DNA of 64,000 nucleotides, taken from positions 928,001 through 992,000 of the forward strand of contig OY843751.1 of the NCBI GenBank assembly GCA_963693055.1, written 5' to 3'. Source of the DNA: a bacterium. GTDB lineage: Bacteria; Zhuqueibacterota; Zhuqueibacteria; Residuimicrobiales; Krinioviventaceae. Numbering within the stretch: position 1 is the first letter of the stretch; the number at the start of each line of letters is the position of its first letter. Below are positions 11,210 through 22,454 of this stretch, in pieces. A program made the translations under genes and the position numbers. Below the pieces are notes generated by a model. It was not told the origin of the DNA, ran no database searches, and saw nothing but the letters and a program-made list of their open reading frames with translations.

Positions 11210-12229
11210 ATGAGATCTGCTATTGTAGGTTGTGGAAATATATCCCGGTTTCATATTCATGGTATCAGCACCTCTCCGTTGGCGTATCTTGCCGCGGTTT
11301 GTGATACCAATGCAGAACTTGCGGAAAGCAAGGCAAAGGAACTGGGAGTAAAAGCGTATACCCAGGTTGATGAAATGCTTGAAAGCGAAGAACTGGATGT
11401 AATTCATGTTCTGGTTCCACCACAATATCACAAAGATGTTGCAGTGAAAGCATTGTCCCGGGGTGTGCATGTATTGGTAGAAAAACCCCTGGCGGTGTCT
11501 ACCAAAGATGCCGATGCTATGATCGCCGCGGCAGAGGAGAATAATGTAAAGTTGTGTGTAAACCACAACATGACCTATGAACCTTCTTATGTTAAAACAA
11601 GAGATCTGGTGAACAGCTATGAATTTGGCGAGCTCTTGCATATCGACGCATTTATGGCTTTTGATCTGAGACGTACGCTTGGAGAAGGCGGGTTAGACTC
11701 TGTTTGGCAAAGTCAGCTGAAAGGTCATTTTTTGCAGGACTTGTTACCTCATCCTGCTTCTATGGTATTGGAGCTTTTGCGCGGTTATACCAAGGCAAAT
11801 GTTATCTATAGAAAAGATGCTGATGATCGGTTAAAAGATCAGGCCAACATTATGCTTGAATCTCAATTGGCAACTGCCAACATAACCTTGTCCTTGTCTG
11901 CGCAACCCGATGTATTTGGAATGACTTTGTATGGAACCAAGATGATACTAAAGTCTGATTTTTCAAACATGAGTGTTGTAAAACAAAAAACCTATAAAGT
12001 GCCAAGAAAACTGATGCGTGGTGTAGACAGTATCTCACAATCCATGCAGATTTTTGGAAACACTGTTGGCACTACTGTGGGCCTGGCGTTGAAACGCGTT
12101 TCCGAAGCGGGTGGTATGGGTGCGTTGATACATGCATTTTATGAAAGCCTTGATAAAGACTGGCCTGTTCCGGTAACCGGTGCGGAAGCCAGAGGCGTTG
12201 TTGAATTGTCTGAAAAAATCTGGAAATAA
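11210..12229 (+). CDS. Gfo/Idh/MocA family oxidoreductase
   Basis: AIVGCGNIS, HVLVEKPLA, DLLPH. Confidence 0.9.
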   Translation: MRSAIVGCGNISRFHIHGISTSPLAYLAAVCDTNAELAESKAKELGVKAYTQVDEMLESEELDVIHVLVPPQYHKDVAVKALSRGVHVLVEKPLAVSTKDADAMIAAAEENNVKLCVNHNMTYEPSYVKTRDLVNSYEFGELLHIDAFMAFDLRRTLGEGGLDSVWQSQLKGHFLQDLLPHPASMVLELLRGYTKANVIYRKDADDRLKDQANIMLESQLATANITLSLSAQPDVFGMTLYGTKMILKSDFSNMSVVKQKTYKVPRKLMRGVDSISQSMQIFGNTVGTTVGLALKRVSEAGGMGALIHAFYESLDKDWPVPVTGAEARGVVELSEKIWK

Positions 12230-12240
12230 AGGAGCACATC

Positions 12241-13230
12241 ATGAAAGTCCTAGTAACGGGAGCATCTGGTTTTTTGGGCAGCCGTTTGGTTGAGGTGCTT
12301 GTAGAAAAGAAATATGATGTAAAGGCAATGGTAAGGCAGCAAAGTAATCGGGAATATCTCGATAAATTGCCGGTTGAGATCTTTACCGCAGACCTGAAAG
12401 ATAAATCTACACTCCAGGGTATTATGGACGGAGTGGATGTTGTTATACATGCCGGTGCAACCACATTCGGTACATTTGAAGAACAAAAGCAAGGAACTAT
12501 TGAAGGTACGCGCTACATGCTTGACCTTGCTGAAGAAGCGGGAGTTAAGAAATTTATTCACATCAGTTCGCTGACGGTTTATGATATCAACAATGTGCCC
12601 AATAATGCTTTGATCAATGAAGCTTGTCCTATTGAACCATACCCTGAAAAGGTAGGGCCCTATGCTTATACCAAGACCGAGAGTGAAAAGCTGGTTCAGG
12701 AACGCATGAAAAAAGAAACGCTTCCAATAACTATTGTTCGTCCGGGATTGGTTTATGGTTCTCGGCGTAATATGTTTTTTCCGCACCTGGGATTTTCTGC
12801 CGGTGGCGGCAAGTTGATTGTAACCATTGGTTGGGAAAGTAAAGTATTGCCCCTCACGTATTTATACAATACTTGTGAAGTGATTGCACGGCTGATAGAG
12901 CATGAACGTGCGGTTGGGCAAATTTATAACATTGTAGATCCCAAAACCATTACTTATAAACAATACCTGAATTATTATTTGCGCGCAATGAGAATGAAAA
13001 GTATTGTTATACCCTTTCCGTACACACTGTTGAAACTTGCAGCGTTTTGTTTTGAAATGCTGAACAAGATTCCGCCATTAAAAGGCAAGTTTGGTATGAG
13101 TCGCTATCGTTTAAATCCGAAATTTAAAAAAGTAAGGTTTGACGGTTCTCTTGTACTCAAAGAGTTGAACTGGTATCCTGAAATTTCTCTTGATGAATCC
13201 CTTCACCGTGCATTTCATGAGGATGAATAG
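12241..13230 (+). CDS. NAD-dependent epimerase/dehydratase (extended SDR)
   Basis: TGASGFLG, ISSLTVY, YAYTK, RPGLVYG. Confidence 0.85.
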   Translation: MKVLVTGASGFLGSRLVEVLVEKKYDVKAMVRQQSNREYLDKLPVEIFTADLKDKSTLQGIMDGVDVVIHAGATTFGTFEEQKQGTIEGTRYMLDLAEEAGVKKFIHISSLTVYDINNVPNNALINEACPIEPYPEKVGPYAYTKTESEKLVQERMKKETLPITIVRPGLVYGSRRNMFFPHLGFSAGGGKLIVTIGWESKVLPLTYLYNTCEVIARLIEHERAVGQIYNIVDPKTITYKQYLNYYLRAMRMKSIVIPFPYTLLKLAAFCFEMLNKIPPLKGKFGMSRYRLNPKFKKVRFDGSLVLKELNWYPEISLDESLHRAFHEDE

Positions 13231-13240
13231 TTAGCGCCTT

Positions 13241-14260
13241 ATGAAGCAAAAAATTTCAAAGCAATTAAAATTGATTGGCAGAGTGGCCCTTAGCGGGGCC
13301 ATTCTTTTGTATTTAATCAGCAAAATAGATTTTGCTGCTGCCAAAGACAGTCTGTCAACACTCCATTTGGGTTATCTTGCCCTGGCTTTGGTACCGTCGG
13401 TTGTGGAGTTGATTTTAAAATCGCTAAAGTGGCAAATGTTACTGCGTATTAAAAATATCCGTGTGCCTTTTTATGAGATTTTTAAGATCTATTACATCAG
13501 CAGTTTTATTGGTACGTTTTTGCCCTCCAGTCTGGGGATTGATGTATTACGTTCATATAGCATGTCACGATTCATCAGAAATGCCCAGGAATCTGTATCA
13601 ACAGTTTTTGTCGACAGGTTGCTGGGTGTGTTGTCGCTAATCTTTGTAGTATTGCTGGGTGTTTTGTCGGTACAGACTGGTCTGATAAACAATATTTGGC
13701 AGTTTGTTTTAACTATTGTTGGTGTGATTTTTATTTTGTTTACCGGTTTGATCCTTTCACGGCATTTAATTGTTTTACTTGAAAAGATATTAAAGCAGTT
13801 CCGTATTAAACCGGAAAAAATTAGAAAATATATTGACCTGCTGCACAATATTTACAATTCTATAATAGATTTTAAAAACAATAAAGTGCAGGTTTTCAAA
13901 GTCTTTCTGGTTTCTATTGTTTTTCAATTCAGTCGTATTGCTATTACCTGGTGTGTGGGGTTATCGTTTGGAATTGATCTCAGTATAAAATATTGGATTA
14001 TTATAGTACCCTTGGTTACATTGGCTACCATGCTGCCCCTGGCAGTAGGTGGAATTGGTATTCGTGAAGGGGCATTTGTTTTCTTTTTAAATAAAATGGG
14101 TGTACCAATTGAAACCGGCTTTTTGTTATCAATAACGGTTTTTCTGCTCGCTGTATTTACCGCCATACCCGGATTTGGTTTTTATCTTCGGTATGGTATT
14201 AACACTTCCAGGGACAATAATACCGATTTCAAAAATGGCCCAAACGTGCAACAGAATTGA
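13241..14260 (+). CDS. Lysylphosphatidylglycerol-synthase TM-domain / flippase-like protein (UPF0104/YbhN)
   Basis: KWQMLL, FLPSSLGIDVLR, VFVDRLLG, LPLAVGGIGIREGAF. Confidence 0.85.
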   Translation: MKQKISKQLKLIGRVALSGAILLYLISKIDFAAAKDSLSTLHLGYLALALVPSVVELILKSLKWQMLLRIKNIRVPFYEIFKIYYISSFIGTFLPSSLGIDVLRSYSMSRFIRNAQESVSTVFVDRLLGVLSLIFVVLLGVLSVQTGLINNIWQFVLTIVGVIFILFTGLILSRHLIVLLEKILKQFRIKPEKIRKYIDLLHNIYNSIIDFKNNKVQVFKVFLVSIVFQFSRIAITWCVGLSFGIDLSIKYWIIIVPLVTLATMLPLAVGGIGIREGAFVFFLNKMGVPIETGFLLSITVFLLAVFTAIPGFGFYLRYGINTSRDNNTDFKNGPNVQQN

Positions 14261-14431
14261 AATAGAGTGGGACATTTTTATTCGAATTTATTCCCTATAA
14301 AGAAACAAATGGATTACCTGTTTAAAACTGTAAATATTTTTCGCTTACCTTCTCTAACTTGTTGTTTTTGTTGGGCTGAAAATGTTGCAACTTGAAGAAA
14401 TAGGCTTTTGGGGAAACGCTGCTTATTGAAT

Positions 14432-14448
14432 CTGGCATAGTGATTGCT
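14432..14448 (+). promoter_or_regulatory. Putative sigma54 (RpoN) -24/-12 promoter
   Basis: CTGGCATAGTGATTGCT: GG (14434-35) and GC (14446-47) exactly 10 nt apart, in an intergenic region ~70 nt before the next ATG. Confidence 0.7.
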
Positions 14449-14519
14449 CATTAATCGATGGTAATAGTATTATTGCAACTTATATCCTTTGATATAAATT
14501 GGAACCATGGAGAGATAAT

Positions 14520-16133
14520 ATGAAGTTAGAGTTGATACGAAATATGAAAAGTCATTTAATATTATATACTGTATTGATACTGATTCTGGCGGCACTGATC
14601 AACAATGCCCAAGCTCAGCTCAAGGTGTTGGAGAGAAATCCCAATTATCTGACATACAATGGAGAGCCGTTATTGCTGGTTTGTTCTGTTCCTCCTGATA
14701 ATGATTTTCACGTAGAAGATTTTGATCTGACATATTTAGACAGAATGGCTGAATATGGTGCAAATCACGTTTGGATTATGATTGAAAACTTTACGCGTGA
14801 AAGATGGGATTATGCCATTAATACCCCACAGGTATTTTATGACAAGATGGAAGCAATTGTTGCGAAAGCATATGAATATGATATTATTGTGGGTATCTCA
14901 CTATTTGGATATGGACTTGTAAAGTATCCCTATATGTATTCATTTAATGCTGCCTGTACAGGTGACTGTGATGAAGGGCCCGGACCTTTGACTGATCCCT
15001 GGGATTTTTATGATATAACAAACAATTCGCCCGAAGTCATTGAAGCACGTGATGGTCAAAAAGCAATAATGAAACGTATTGTTGAAACTACGTGGGAATA
15101 TCCCAATGTGTATTACAGTCCCGGTTGGGAATTGAATTGTATCTGGAATAGTAATGTTGCTCTTTGGTACAAATGGGTTGTTCAATATATGAAATCCGAA
15201 GGTGAAAAGGTTAATCCTGATTATACACACTTGTTTGCTCTTGAAAAGAGTGTTGATCCTATAGAGGCATACAACCTGGGAGCAGATTTTATTATTGATG
15301 AAGATGGTAATTCTCAAAAAGTTGAAGGTATTCCATTTGTCTATTGGAGTATGGATGGTATTTACCGTGGCGAAACATTCTGGAATAAAGATGATGAACC
15401 ACAAGCCAATTTTGAATTTGCAAGAGATGAATTTGTGCGTGGAGCGGCTGGTATTGCTTCAATATGGAGCACCAGAGCCTATGAAGAAGAATACCTGAGT
15501 GCGATTGCATCCTGGGCATCTACTGTTGAAAATTGGTCGGATGAACCGGGGCAGGAAATCACCGATGAAGCAGTACCTACAACAATAGATGGTATCATGA
15601 ATGATATTCCCGGCGACCCGGATGTGTTGGATTTTACAGATTTTAGTTTATTTGAAATAACAGATATTACTTCTTCAACAGGCCACCCTTTTGTAGTAGA
15701 CAGAGCGATTTCTGTTGGAAATCTTTTTTATACCGACCGTGAATATGTAATAACTTATATACCACCTGATTTCAGGGGATTGGTTTGGTTAAAAACTCCC
15801 AATGATGATAAACGTATTTCAGCAGATCCATATCTTAGCTATCGGATTAATACAGAAGCTACCATTTTTGTTGGATTTGATACAAGAATGCCAACCCCGC
15901 CAGCCTGGCTTAATTCCTGGACATCTACAAATGAGTTTATTGTTGATGATACCGGTGTAGAGTATGAATTGTTTCGCAAAGATTATCCGGCAGGTGTTGT
16001 AGAATTGGGATCAAATGATGGCCTGGAAAGCAGCTGTAGTATGTATATTGTTTTACATAAACCGACAGGCGATATTGACCTTGTTGCACCAGGAATACCT
16101 TCAGGATTCACATTGACTCCCCTGTTTGATTAA
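14520..16133 (+). CDS. Secreted protein with a TIM-barrel glycoside-hydrolase-like N-domain and a C-terminal beta-sandwich
   Basis: ORF track starts at TTG 14499; ATG 14520 follows GGAGAG. Signal peptide (..LILILAALINNAQA), NPNYLTYNGEPLLL, YGANHVWI, YPNVYYSPGWE (GH-A/DUF4038-like), acidic, C-terminal YTDREYVITYIP...TPNDDK domain. Confidence 0.6.
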   Translation: MKLELIRNMKSHLILYTVLILILAALINNAQAQLKVLERNPNYLTYNGEPLLLVCSVPPDNDFHVEDFDLTYLDRMAEYGANHVWIMIENFTRERWDYAINTPQVFYDKMEAIVAKAYEYDIIVGISLFGYGLVKYPYMYSFNAACTGDCDEGPGPLTDPWDFYDITNNSPEVIEARDGQKAIMKRIVETTWEYPNVYYSPGWELNCIWNSNVALWYKWVVQYMKSEGEKVNPDYTHLFALEKSVDPIEAYNLGADFIIDEDGNSQKVEGIPFVYWSMDGIYRGETFWNKDDEPQANFEFARDEFVRGAAGIASIWSTRAYEEEYLSAIASWASTVENWSDEPGQEITDEAVPTTIDGIMNDIPGDPDVLDFTDFSLFEITDITSSTGHPFVVDRAISVGNLFYTDREYVITYIPPDFRGLVWLKTPNDDKRISADPYLSYRINTEATIFVGFDTRMPTPPAWLNSWTSTNEFIVDDTGVEYELFRKDYPAGVVELGSNDGLESSCSMYIVLHKPTGDIDLVAPGIPSGFTLTPLFD

Positions 16134-16142
16134 AATTATTGA

Positions 16143-16179
16143 AAACCACTCTTTTTAATGTTTTTAAAAATAGTGGTTT
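16143..16179 (+). terminator. Hairpin, possible intrinsic terminator
   Basis: AAACCACT-C-TTTTTAA / TTAAAAA-T-AGTGGTTT inverted repeat 10 nt after the stop. Confidence 0.45.
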
Positions 16180-16239
16180 AATTTTATTCAAAAAAATCTT
16201 ACCTTTATCTAAAAGATAAATAATCAATTAGGGATACGT

Positions 16240-17133
16240 ATGTTATCTCATATTCGAAATATATGGGAGAAAAACTGGCCTGAAATACATGCGGCATTGA
16301 AAAAAGGTATGCCGCAGTTTGTATTCTCTCCAAAACCCAAAGCTTTAGGCACAATGATTCCGGTATTTTGTTATCACACTGTTGAGCAAGAGCGGTTTCG
16401 AGGTGATCTGAACTTTCTTGCTAAAAATGGCTATGTTACCATAGATGTCAATACATTACATTCTCATATTTCAGGAGTTGATCTCGCTCCCCAAAACAGT
16501 GTTGTTATCACTTTTGATGATGGTGCTCAAAATCTTCATGATGTTGCCCTGCCATTATTAAAAGAATTTGAAATGACTTCAATAGTATTTATTGCACCGG
16601 GTTTGCATCCTGAAAAAGATGAAACGCAAGCCCCGGTCCGCCCCCTTAGTTGGGAAGCCATGCGGATTATGCAGAATTCCGGGCATTTTGATTTTCAATC
16701 CCATACGCTTGAACATCGTTATGTACCTCGTTGGCCTGAGCTAATACCCTTAGCCGGAGCTGAACCCGGTTATGTACAGAAACGAGCCGGTAAACCCCTT
16801 CCTATGGAAGAAGATTTCAAGCGGGCTAAGAAAATGATAGAAGAACATTTGGAAAAACCCGTAAACCACCTGGCATTTCCCAAGTTTTTTGGTACAGCTA
16901 ATGCTGTTATGATGGGAAAACATATCGGATATGAAGGTTTCTGGTGGGGTGCTTTACCTTACCGTCCCATGAATGCTTTTGGCAGCGGTTCTGAACATAT
17001 TGTTCGTCTAGAGGCGCAGTTTCTAAGGCGAATGCAGGGAGAGGGACGCGAGACATTGGCAATTGTTTTATTTAAAAGATATGCCTCAAGTTTGTTACGT
17101 CTGTTTAGTGTTTTTAAAGGGAAAAAGAAATGA
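16240..17133 (+). CDS. Polysaccharide deacetylase (CE4/NodB-like)
   Basis: [27 protein letters not shown]. Confidence 0.85.
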   Translation: MLSHIRNIWEKNWPEIHAALKKGMPQFVFSPKPKALGTMIPVFCYHTVEQERFRGDLNFLAKNGYVTIDVNTLHSHISGVDLAPQNSVVITFDDGAQNLHDVALPLLKEFEMTSIVFIAPGLHPEKDETQAPVRPLSWEAMRIMQNSGHFDFQSHTLEHRYVPRWPELIPLAGAEPGYVQKRAGKPLPMEEDFKRAKKMIEEHLEKPVNHLAFPKFFGTANAVMMGKHIGYEGFWWGALPYRPMNAFGSGSEHIVRLEAQFLRRMQGEGRETLAIVLFKRYASSLLRLFSVFKGKKK

Positions 17134-17591
17134 CTTTAAAACAGCAATGGACAGAATTAAAAAGATGGATGGCCGTTTATTGTCCTCATCCCGCTTTACG
17201 GACCAGATTATTTCGACAATGCGGTGTGAAAATTGGTGATCAGGTTGTAATAAATTTTGGTGTTAATATAATCATTCCAATGTCTGAAAAAGGGGTGAAA
17301 GAACATAGTATTGTGATTGGAGACCGGGTAGCTATTGCAACCGGTGTGGTGATTGTGGGGCAATCTGATCCTAATTTTTCGAAATTGTCACGTTTATATC
17401 CGGATGACAGCCGCCCTATAGTTATAGAAGATGATGTTTGGATTGGTGCTAATGCTGTAATATTACCGGGGGTTACAATTGGAACTCAATCCATTATTGC
17501 TTCCGGCGCTGTTGTGAACCGGGATGTTCCACCGTATACTATAGTTGCCGGTGTTCCCGCTAAAAAAATCAAAGACATTCCCAAAGATTGA
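17130..17591 (+). CDS. Hexapeptide-repeat O-acetyltransferase
   Basis: [36 protein letters not shown]. Confidence 0.9.
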   Translation: MTLKQQWTELKRWMAVYCPHPALRTRLFRQCGVKIGDQVVINFGVNIIIPMSEKGVKEHSIVIGDRVAIATGVVIVGQSDPNFSKLSRLYPDDSRPIVIEDDVWIGANAVILPGVTIGTQSIIASGAVVNRDVPPYTIVAGVPAKKIKDIPKD

Positions 17592-17605
17592 CCAAATAAA
17601 ATTAT

Positions 17606-18748
17606 ATGAATATCGGACAACCATTAAAAATTAAAGTAATAGATACAGAACAGGGATTTCTTGATCTTAAAGCAGATTGGGAAAACCTTGAAAACCATGT
17701 ACAGGATCTGACTATCTTTCAAACCTGGGTCTTTCAATATTATACATGGAAAATTTTTGAGAACCAATCCTATTTGTATATTCTGGCAATGTATAATGAA
17801 AACAATGAACTTGTTGGATGTGTCCCCCTGGGATGGCAAAAACAACATATTGGGCCAATATCTTTCAAGAGCTTGAGTTTTGCATGTTTAAAATATGTTG
17901 ATTTTCAGAACATTATTGCCCATTCCGGGTATCAAGAAGAGGTTGTCCAACAGTTTACCCAATGGCTTGTGCAGAACCGAAAACAATGGGATGACATTGA
18001 ACTACGGTTGGTACGTGAGGACTTTGTATTATATTCAAAACGTGACACATTAATTCAAACCTTTGGGAATGATGTAAGCATCATCAGTGAAGGTATTGCT
18101 CCTTTTATTACCATTGACGAATCCTGGGATGATTTTCAAAGCACCTTGTCCGGGAAACGTGCAAAATCTGTTCGGTATGAGATCCGAAACTTGTTTAGAC
18201 AGTTTGAGAGTGAATATGTGCACCACTCAAAGGGCGAAGAGCTGATAAAAGCGCTTGTACAGTTTATGGATTTACACCAAAAACGAATTCATCAGAAATA
18301 CCAGTTGGGAGCTTTTCCAACACCGCAGATTCGGCAAGGATTTACAAATCTGATCAAAGCACTTGAACAATATGATTACATAGATATACATACCATACAA
18401 TCATCGGAAAAGACTATTGCCGCCATTGGTACATTTACCCACAAAAATAAAGTATCATATTTCCAGGGTGGATTTGATCCCGATTACTTTAAATTGAGTC
18501 CCGGCAAGGTGGTGTTGGCTTTGAGAATAACTGAAGCCATACAACAGAAAAAGAACGAATTTGATTTTCTGGTGGGTGATGAAGATTATAAATTTGCCTG
18601 GTCTACCGGGCAGAGAGAGATTTTTAAAATTCACATCAAAACCGGATCCTGGAAGCAGGGATTCTATAGCCAGATGAATGATTTTAAAGCAAGACTTGAG
18701 CAATCTATCCGTTTTAGAAAGCTATATTTCAAATTGACCGGTAAATAA
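17606..18748 (+). CDS. GNAT-fold acyltransferase (CelD/BcsL, Acetyltransf_6-like)
   Basis: L..DWENL, TIFQTW, YFQGGFDP..KLSPG, FDFLVGDEDYKFAW. Confidence 0.85.
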   Translation: MNIGQPLKIKVIDTEQGFLDLKADWENLENHVQDLTIFQTWVFQYYTWKIFENQSYLYILAMYNENNELVGCVPLGWQKQHIGPISFKSLSFACLKYVDFQNIIAHSGYQEEVVQQFTQWLVQNRKQWDDIELRLVREDFVLYSKRDTLIQTFGNDVSIISEGIAPFITIDESWDDFQSTLSGKRAKSVRYEIRNLFRQFESEYVHHSKGEELIKALVQFMDLHQKRIHQKYQLGAFPTPQIRQGFTNLIKALEQYDYIDIHTIQSSEKTIAAIGTFTHKNKVSYFQGGFDPDYFKLSPGKVVLALRITEAIQQKKNEFDFLVGDEDYKFAWSTGQREIFKIHIKTGSWKQGFYSQMNDFKARLEQSIRFRKLYFKLTGK

Positions 18749-18844
18749 ATAATATTATGCAAATATATATTGATTCTGTAGTAAATATATATTAACTTAA
18801 CATCTTTTAAACATTAGAGCTTAACTAAAGTTGGATATTTGATT

Positions 18845-19810
18845 ATGAAAGAAGGTATTTCCGTAGTAATACCTGCATACAATGAACAAGATGGTATAGA
18901 ACAGGTTGTACACGATCTTAAAACAATTCTGGATCCTGTTGACATCGAGTATGAGATTATTATTGTAGATGATGGTTCAGTAGACAAGACCGTAGAAAAA
19001 GCCCTGTCTACAGGTGTGACAGTAATTGAGCAGTTGAAAAATCGCGGTTATGGTGCATCTCTAAAGCTCGGCATTCAGTATGCAAACTATGAGTTGATTG
19101 TCATTACTGATGCAGACAATACCTATCCTGCTGAATTTATACCTGAAATGTTGAAATACATAGATGAAGCGGATATGGTTGTAGGCTCCAGAAAAGGTGA
19201 AAAGGTTGCTATACCTTTGGTAAGGCGTCCCGCAAAATGGATGCTGCGCAAGCTGGCAAGCTATGTGACAGGCGAACACATTCCTGATTTGAACTCCGGA
19301 TTACGGATATTTCGTCGTGATTTGATTATGCAATATTTTAACATCTTGTCTGATCGATTTTCTTTTACCACCACCTCTACAGTTTCTTTTTTGAGTGATG
19401 GATACAAGATTAAATATGTACCCATCAACTATCATCACCGTTCAGGTAAATCAAAGATTGTTCCTTGGAATTTTATAGAATTTATCAACCTGGTAATTCG
19501 GCTGTCCATGTTGTTTAATCCTTTAAAGATATTTATCCCTGCGTCTCTTTTTACTTTGGGTCTGGGATTTGTAAAATTTGTTTTTGATGTTATTTGGGCC
19601 ATTGAAGAAGCAAATGGATTCACCTTGTCTTTTTTTACAAGCAAGGTGATTTCGTCAAGTGTTATGGTGCTCTGGTTTTCAGGATTACAAATTCTGTTAA
19701 TTGGTATGATGGCTGATGGTATTAACCGGAAAATAGCACAATACAGTACACCCAAAATTAAATCAAAACACCGGCAAACTGTCAAGATCCACAACGCTGT
19801 TCAAAAATAG
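18845..19810 (+). CDS. GT2, polyprenol-phosphate glycosyltransferase (DPM/GtrB-like) with C-terminal TM helices
   Basis: SVVIPAYNE, VDDGS, NRGYG, ITDADNTY, DLNSGLR; ATG 18845 preferred over TTG 18839. Confidence 0.88.
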   Translation: MKEGISVVIPAYNEQDGIEQVVHDLKTILDPVDIEYEIIIVDDGSVDKTVEKALSTGVTVIEQLKNRGYGASLKLGIQYANYELIVITDADNTYPAEFIPEMLKYIDEADMVVGSRKGEKVAIPLVRRPAKWMLRKLASYVTGEHIPDLNSGLRIFRRDLIMQYFNILSDRFSFTTTSTVSFLSDGYKIKYVPINYHHRSGKSKIVPWNFIEFINLVIRLSMLFNPLKIFIPASLFTLGLGFVKFVFDVIWAIEEANGFTLSFFTSKVISSSVMVLWFSGLQILLIGMMADGINRKIAQYSTPKIKSKHRQTVKIHNAVQK

Positions 19811-19816
19811 ATTATA

Positions 19817-19848
19817 AAAAGCATGTCATTTACCAGACATGCTTTTAT
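19817..19848 (+). terminator. Probable intrinsic terminator hairpin
   Basis: AAAAGCATGTC-8nt-GACATGCTTTT directly after the stop. Confidence 0.6.
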
Positions 19849-19908
19849 GTTTAGCAAAAGCTTCCGGTACGCAAAAAAGTACGGGCGAAGGTATTCATAA
19901 CATAAAAA

Positions 19909-20943
19909 ATGAAAACACATAAACCATTTAAAAGAATAATCTGGCTGTTTGTTAAGATAGCCATTTCCATAACTGCTGTAGTCTGGTTCGCTTCAACAGT
20001 CAACTGGCAGGAAGTGTTATCCGCTTTAAAGCAGGTAGACTATGTTGTGTTAACGGTTGCTTTTTTTGTGTTCCTGTTGCGAATGCTGCCCTGTTCTTTA
20101 CGTTGGGTGCATGTTGGAAAAACCAGCGGGTATCATATGACCTTGTGGGAAGCATTGCATGGATATATGGCGGGTGGATTTTTTAATACTTTTTTACCCA
20201 GCGGCAGAGGTGGCGATGCGGCGCGGGCAATTATTATTGCTCGATATAAGAAATGCTCGCTTGGCGGATTGATGGGAACAATCCTTTTGGAACGTTTTGC
20301 CGGTTTAATTATCACTGTGGCAATTGCCTTGGCGGCCAGCTTTATTGCCTCTGCTCATATTGAAGCATTGCGCAATGCCTTGCCGGGCATGCTGGTATTG
20401 ACATTGTTACTTGTTGCTGCAGGTATAGTGCTTTTGACTCCGTTTTTCCGCAGTTTGTTCCTCAAAATAACAGACAAAATGCCATTTCAAAAAGTGTGGA
20501 AAGCGGTTGACGATATGCTGGTGGTGTTTCAGGGATATAGAAAACGTCCTGGTGCTTTGAGCGGGGTTGCTATATATTCTTTGTTAAACCAGATCGTTTT
20601 TATTACCGCGGGATATTTGGCAGCGCGATCAATTGCAGGATTTGAAGCCCCCTGGTACAGTTTTGCGATTGTTGTTCCTTTGGTATTTATTGCGGAATTG
20701 ATACCCTCAATTGGTGGTTATGGTATACGCGAAGCAAGTTTTGTTGTTTTCTTTGGCTGGTTTGGTGTACAGCCCGAAAGTGCGGTTGTTTATGGAATAT
20801 TGCAGCTGATCTTTATGTGGGTTTCGGCTTTGATAGGTGTTGTGTTTTTTGTTGCAGGCCTGCCCGGCTCAAAATCCAGTGTAGATGATATTCAACATGT
20901 TGAAAATAAAGAACTCGAGTTGGAAACGAATGAATACAAATAG
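19909..20943 (+). CDS. Second LPG-synthase TM-domain / flippase-like protein (UPF0104)
   Basis: LRW, FFNTFLPSGRGGDAAR, ILLERFAG, IPSIGGYGIREASF. Confidence 0.85.
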   Translation: MKTHKPFKRIIWLFVKIAISITAVVWFASTVNWQEVLSALKQVDYVVLTVAFFVFLLRMLPCSLRWVHVGKTSGYHMTLWEALHGYMAGGFFNTFLPSGRGGDAARAIIIARYKKCSLGGLMGTILLERFAGLIITVAIALAASFIASAHIEALRNALPGMLVLTLLLVAAGIVLLTPFFRSLFLKITDKMPFQKVWKAVDDMLVVFQGYRKRPGALSGVAIYSLLNQIVFITAGYLAARSIAGFEAPWYSFAIVVPLVFIAELIPSIGGYGIREASFVVFFGWFGVQPESAVVYGILQLIFMWVSALIGVVFFVAGLPGSKSSVDDIQHVENKELELETNEYK

Positions 20944-22378
20944 TGAAAAAAATATATATATACTGGGTGCAGGCCCTGCAGGCCTAGCGCTCGCAATGAG
21001 GCTGCTCAAGCGTAATGTTGCAGATTGGAAAGTTACCGTAATAGAACAAAAACCTTATGTTGGTGGAATTGCGGCCAGTTTCAAGGAAGAAGGCTTGTAT
21101 ATGGATTATGGCAGTCACCGGCTGCATCCTGCAACCTCACCCGAGATTATGGCAGAGCTGAAATCCTTGCTGGGTGACGATTTAAAATTACGCCCCCGAA
21201 ATGGCAGAATCCGTTTAATGGGCAAGTTTGTTAAATTTCCACTGAATCCTGTAGACTTGATGCTGCACATGCCGCCGCGTTTTTTCATCGGTATGCTCAA
21301 AGATATGTTGACTAAACCGTTTCGCAAGAAAAAACAACAGCCCGAAAATTTTGCTGATGTTTTGATGGATGGTTTGGGACCCACGGTATGTAATTCATTT
21401 TATTTCCCTTATGCAAAAAAGTTATGGGGCTTGGAACCGGAAGAGATTTCCATCATCCAGGCACAACGCCGTGTTGCGGCAAACAGTGTTGGCAAAATTT
21501 TGATAAAGATTATCTCGTTGCTCCCTGGAATCAAAAAAGGTGAGGCGGGCAAATTTTATTATCCGCTTCAGGGATTTGGAGAGATCAGCGAAAAACTTGC
21601 AGACAAGGTGAGGGAACTGGGTGGAGAGATATTGCTTTCCACATCAGTAAAAGAAATTAAAATTGGAAAAGACGCTAAGAACAAACTCCTTTTGGAAAAA
21701 GTGGATGGTACAGAAAAATCTGAGAGCTGGCAAGAAAGTGATTTTATTTTTTCCTCCATACCGCTTACTGTGTTGGGCAGATTGATCAAACCCGAAGCAA
21801 GTGCAGAGATTGGGAATGCTGCTTCGAAACTAAAGTTTCGCAGTATGGTACTGCATTATTTGTTTTTGGAAACAGACCAGTTTACTCCCTATGACGCGCA
21901 TTATGTTCCGGAATCAGGTGTGTATATTTCAAGAATCTCGGAACATCGTAATTACAGTGACGTATCGGAGCCCAAAGGTGTTACCGGAATTTGCAGCGAA
22001 ATTCCCTGTCAGGTGGGTGATGATCTTTGGAACATGCCGGATGAAACATTGACCCAACAGGTTGTTAAAGAATTTGAAACTATTGGTTTACCGGTATCTC
22101 AAAAAATCCGTAAAGCATTTACAAAAAAATTGCCTTTTGTTTATCCTGTATATGACCGTAATTTTGAGCTCGCTTTTGAAAAGCTGGATGCATTTGTATC
22201 ACAGCAACCGGGTTTAATATCGCTTGGGAGGCAAGGGCTGTTTGCGCATGATAATACTCATCATACCATAGAGACTGCAAATGCGGCCTGTGACTGTCTG
22301 GCTGATGATATGAAATGGGACCATGTTTTGTGGCAGCAGCATCGTGAAGAATTTGAAAGGCATGTTGTTGAAGATTGA
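20930..22378 (+). CDS. FAD-dependent oxidoreductase (protoporphyrinogen-oxidase / UDP-galactopyranose-mutase-like, glycan-locus type)
   Basis: ILGAGPAGL, EQKPYVGG, DYGSHRLH, FYYPLQGFG, YPVY, GRQGLFAHDN; ATG 20930 preferred over 20885. Confidence 0.8.
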   Translation: MNTNSEKNIYILGAGPAGLALAMRLLKRNVADWKVTVIEQKPYVGGIAASFKEEGLYMDYGSHRLHPATSPEIMAELKSLLGDDLKLRPRNGRIRLMGKFVKFPLNPVDLMLHMPPRFFIGMLKDMLTKPFRKKKQQPENFADVLMDGLGPTVCNSFYFPYAKKLWGLEPEEISIIQAQRRVAANSVGKILIKIISLLPGIKKGEAGKFYYPLQGFGEISEKLADKVRELGGEILLSTSVKEIKIGKDAKNKLLLEKVDGTEKSESWQESDFIFSSIPLTVLGRLIKPEASAEIGNAASKLKFRSMVLHYLFLETDQFTPYDAHYVPESGVYISRISEHRNYSDVSEPKGVTGICSEIPCQVGDDLWNMPDETLTQQVVKEFETIGLPVSQKIRKAFTKKLPFVYPVYDRNFELAFEKLDAFVSQQPGLISLGRQGLFAHDNTHHTIETANAACDCLADDMKWDHVLWQQHREEFERHVVED

Positions 22379-22454
22379 TTTTGTTCGATTTACGCAATAA
22401 ATTGAAATGGATGTATTAATAGTACTTGATAGATAGGATTAAGAATATAGATAT

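Noticed and set aside
18761-18793. AAATATATATT direct repeat with 22-bp spacing
   Set aside because: Pure A/T sequence in an AT-rich intergenic region; cannot be distinguished from chance
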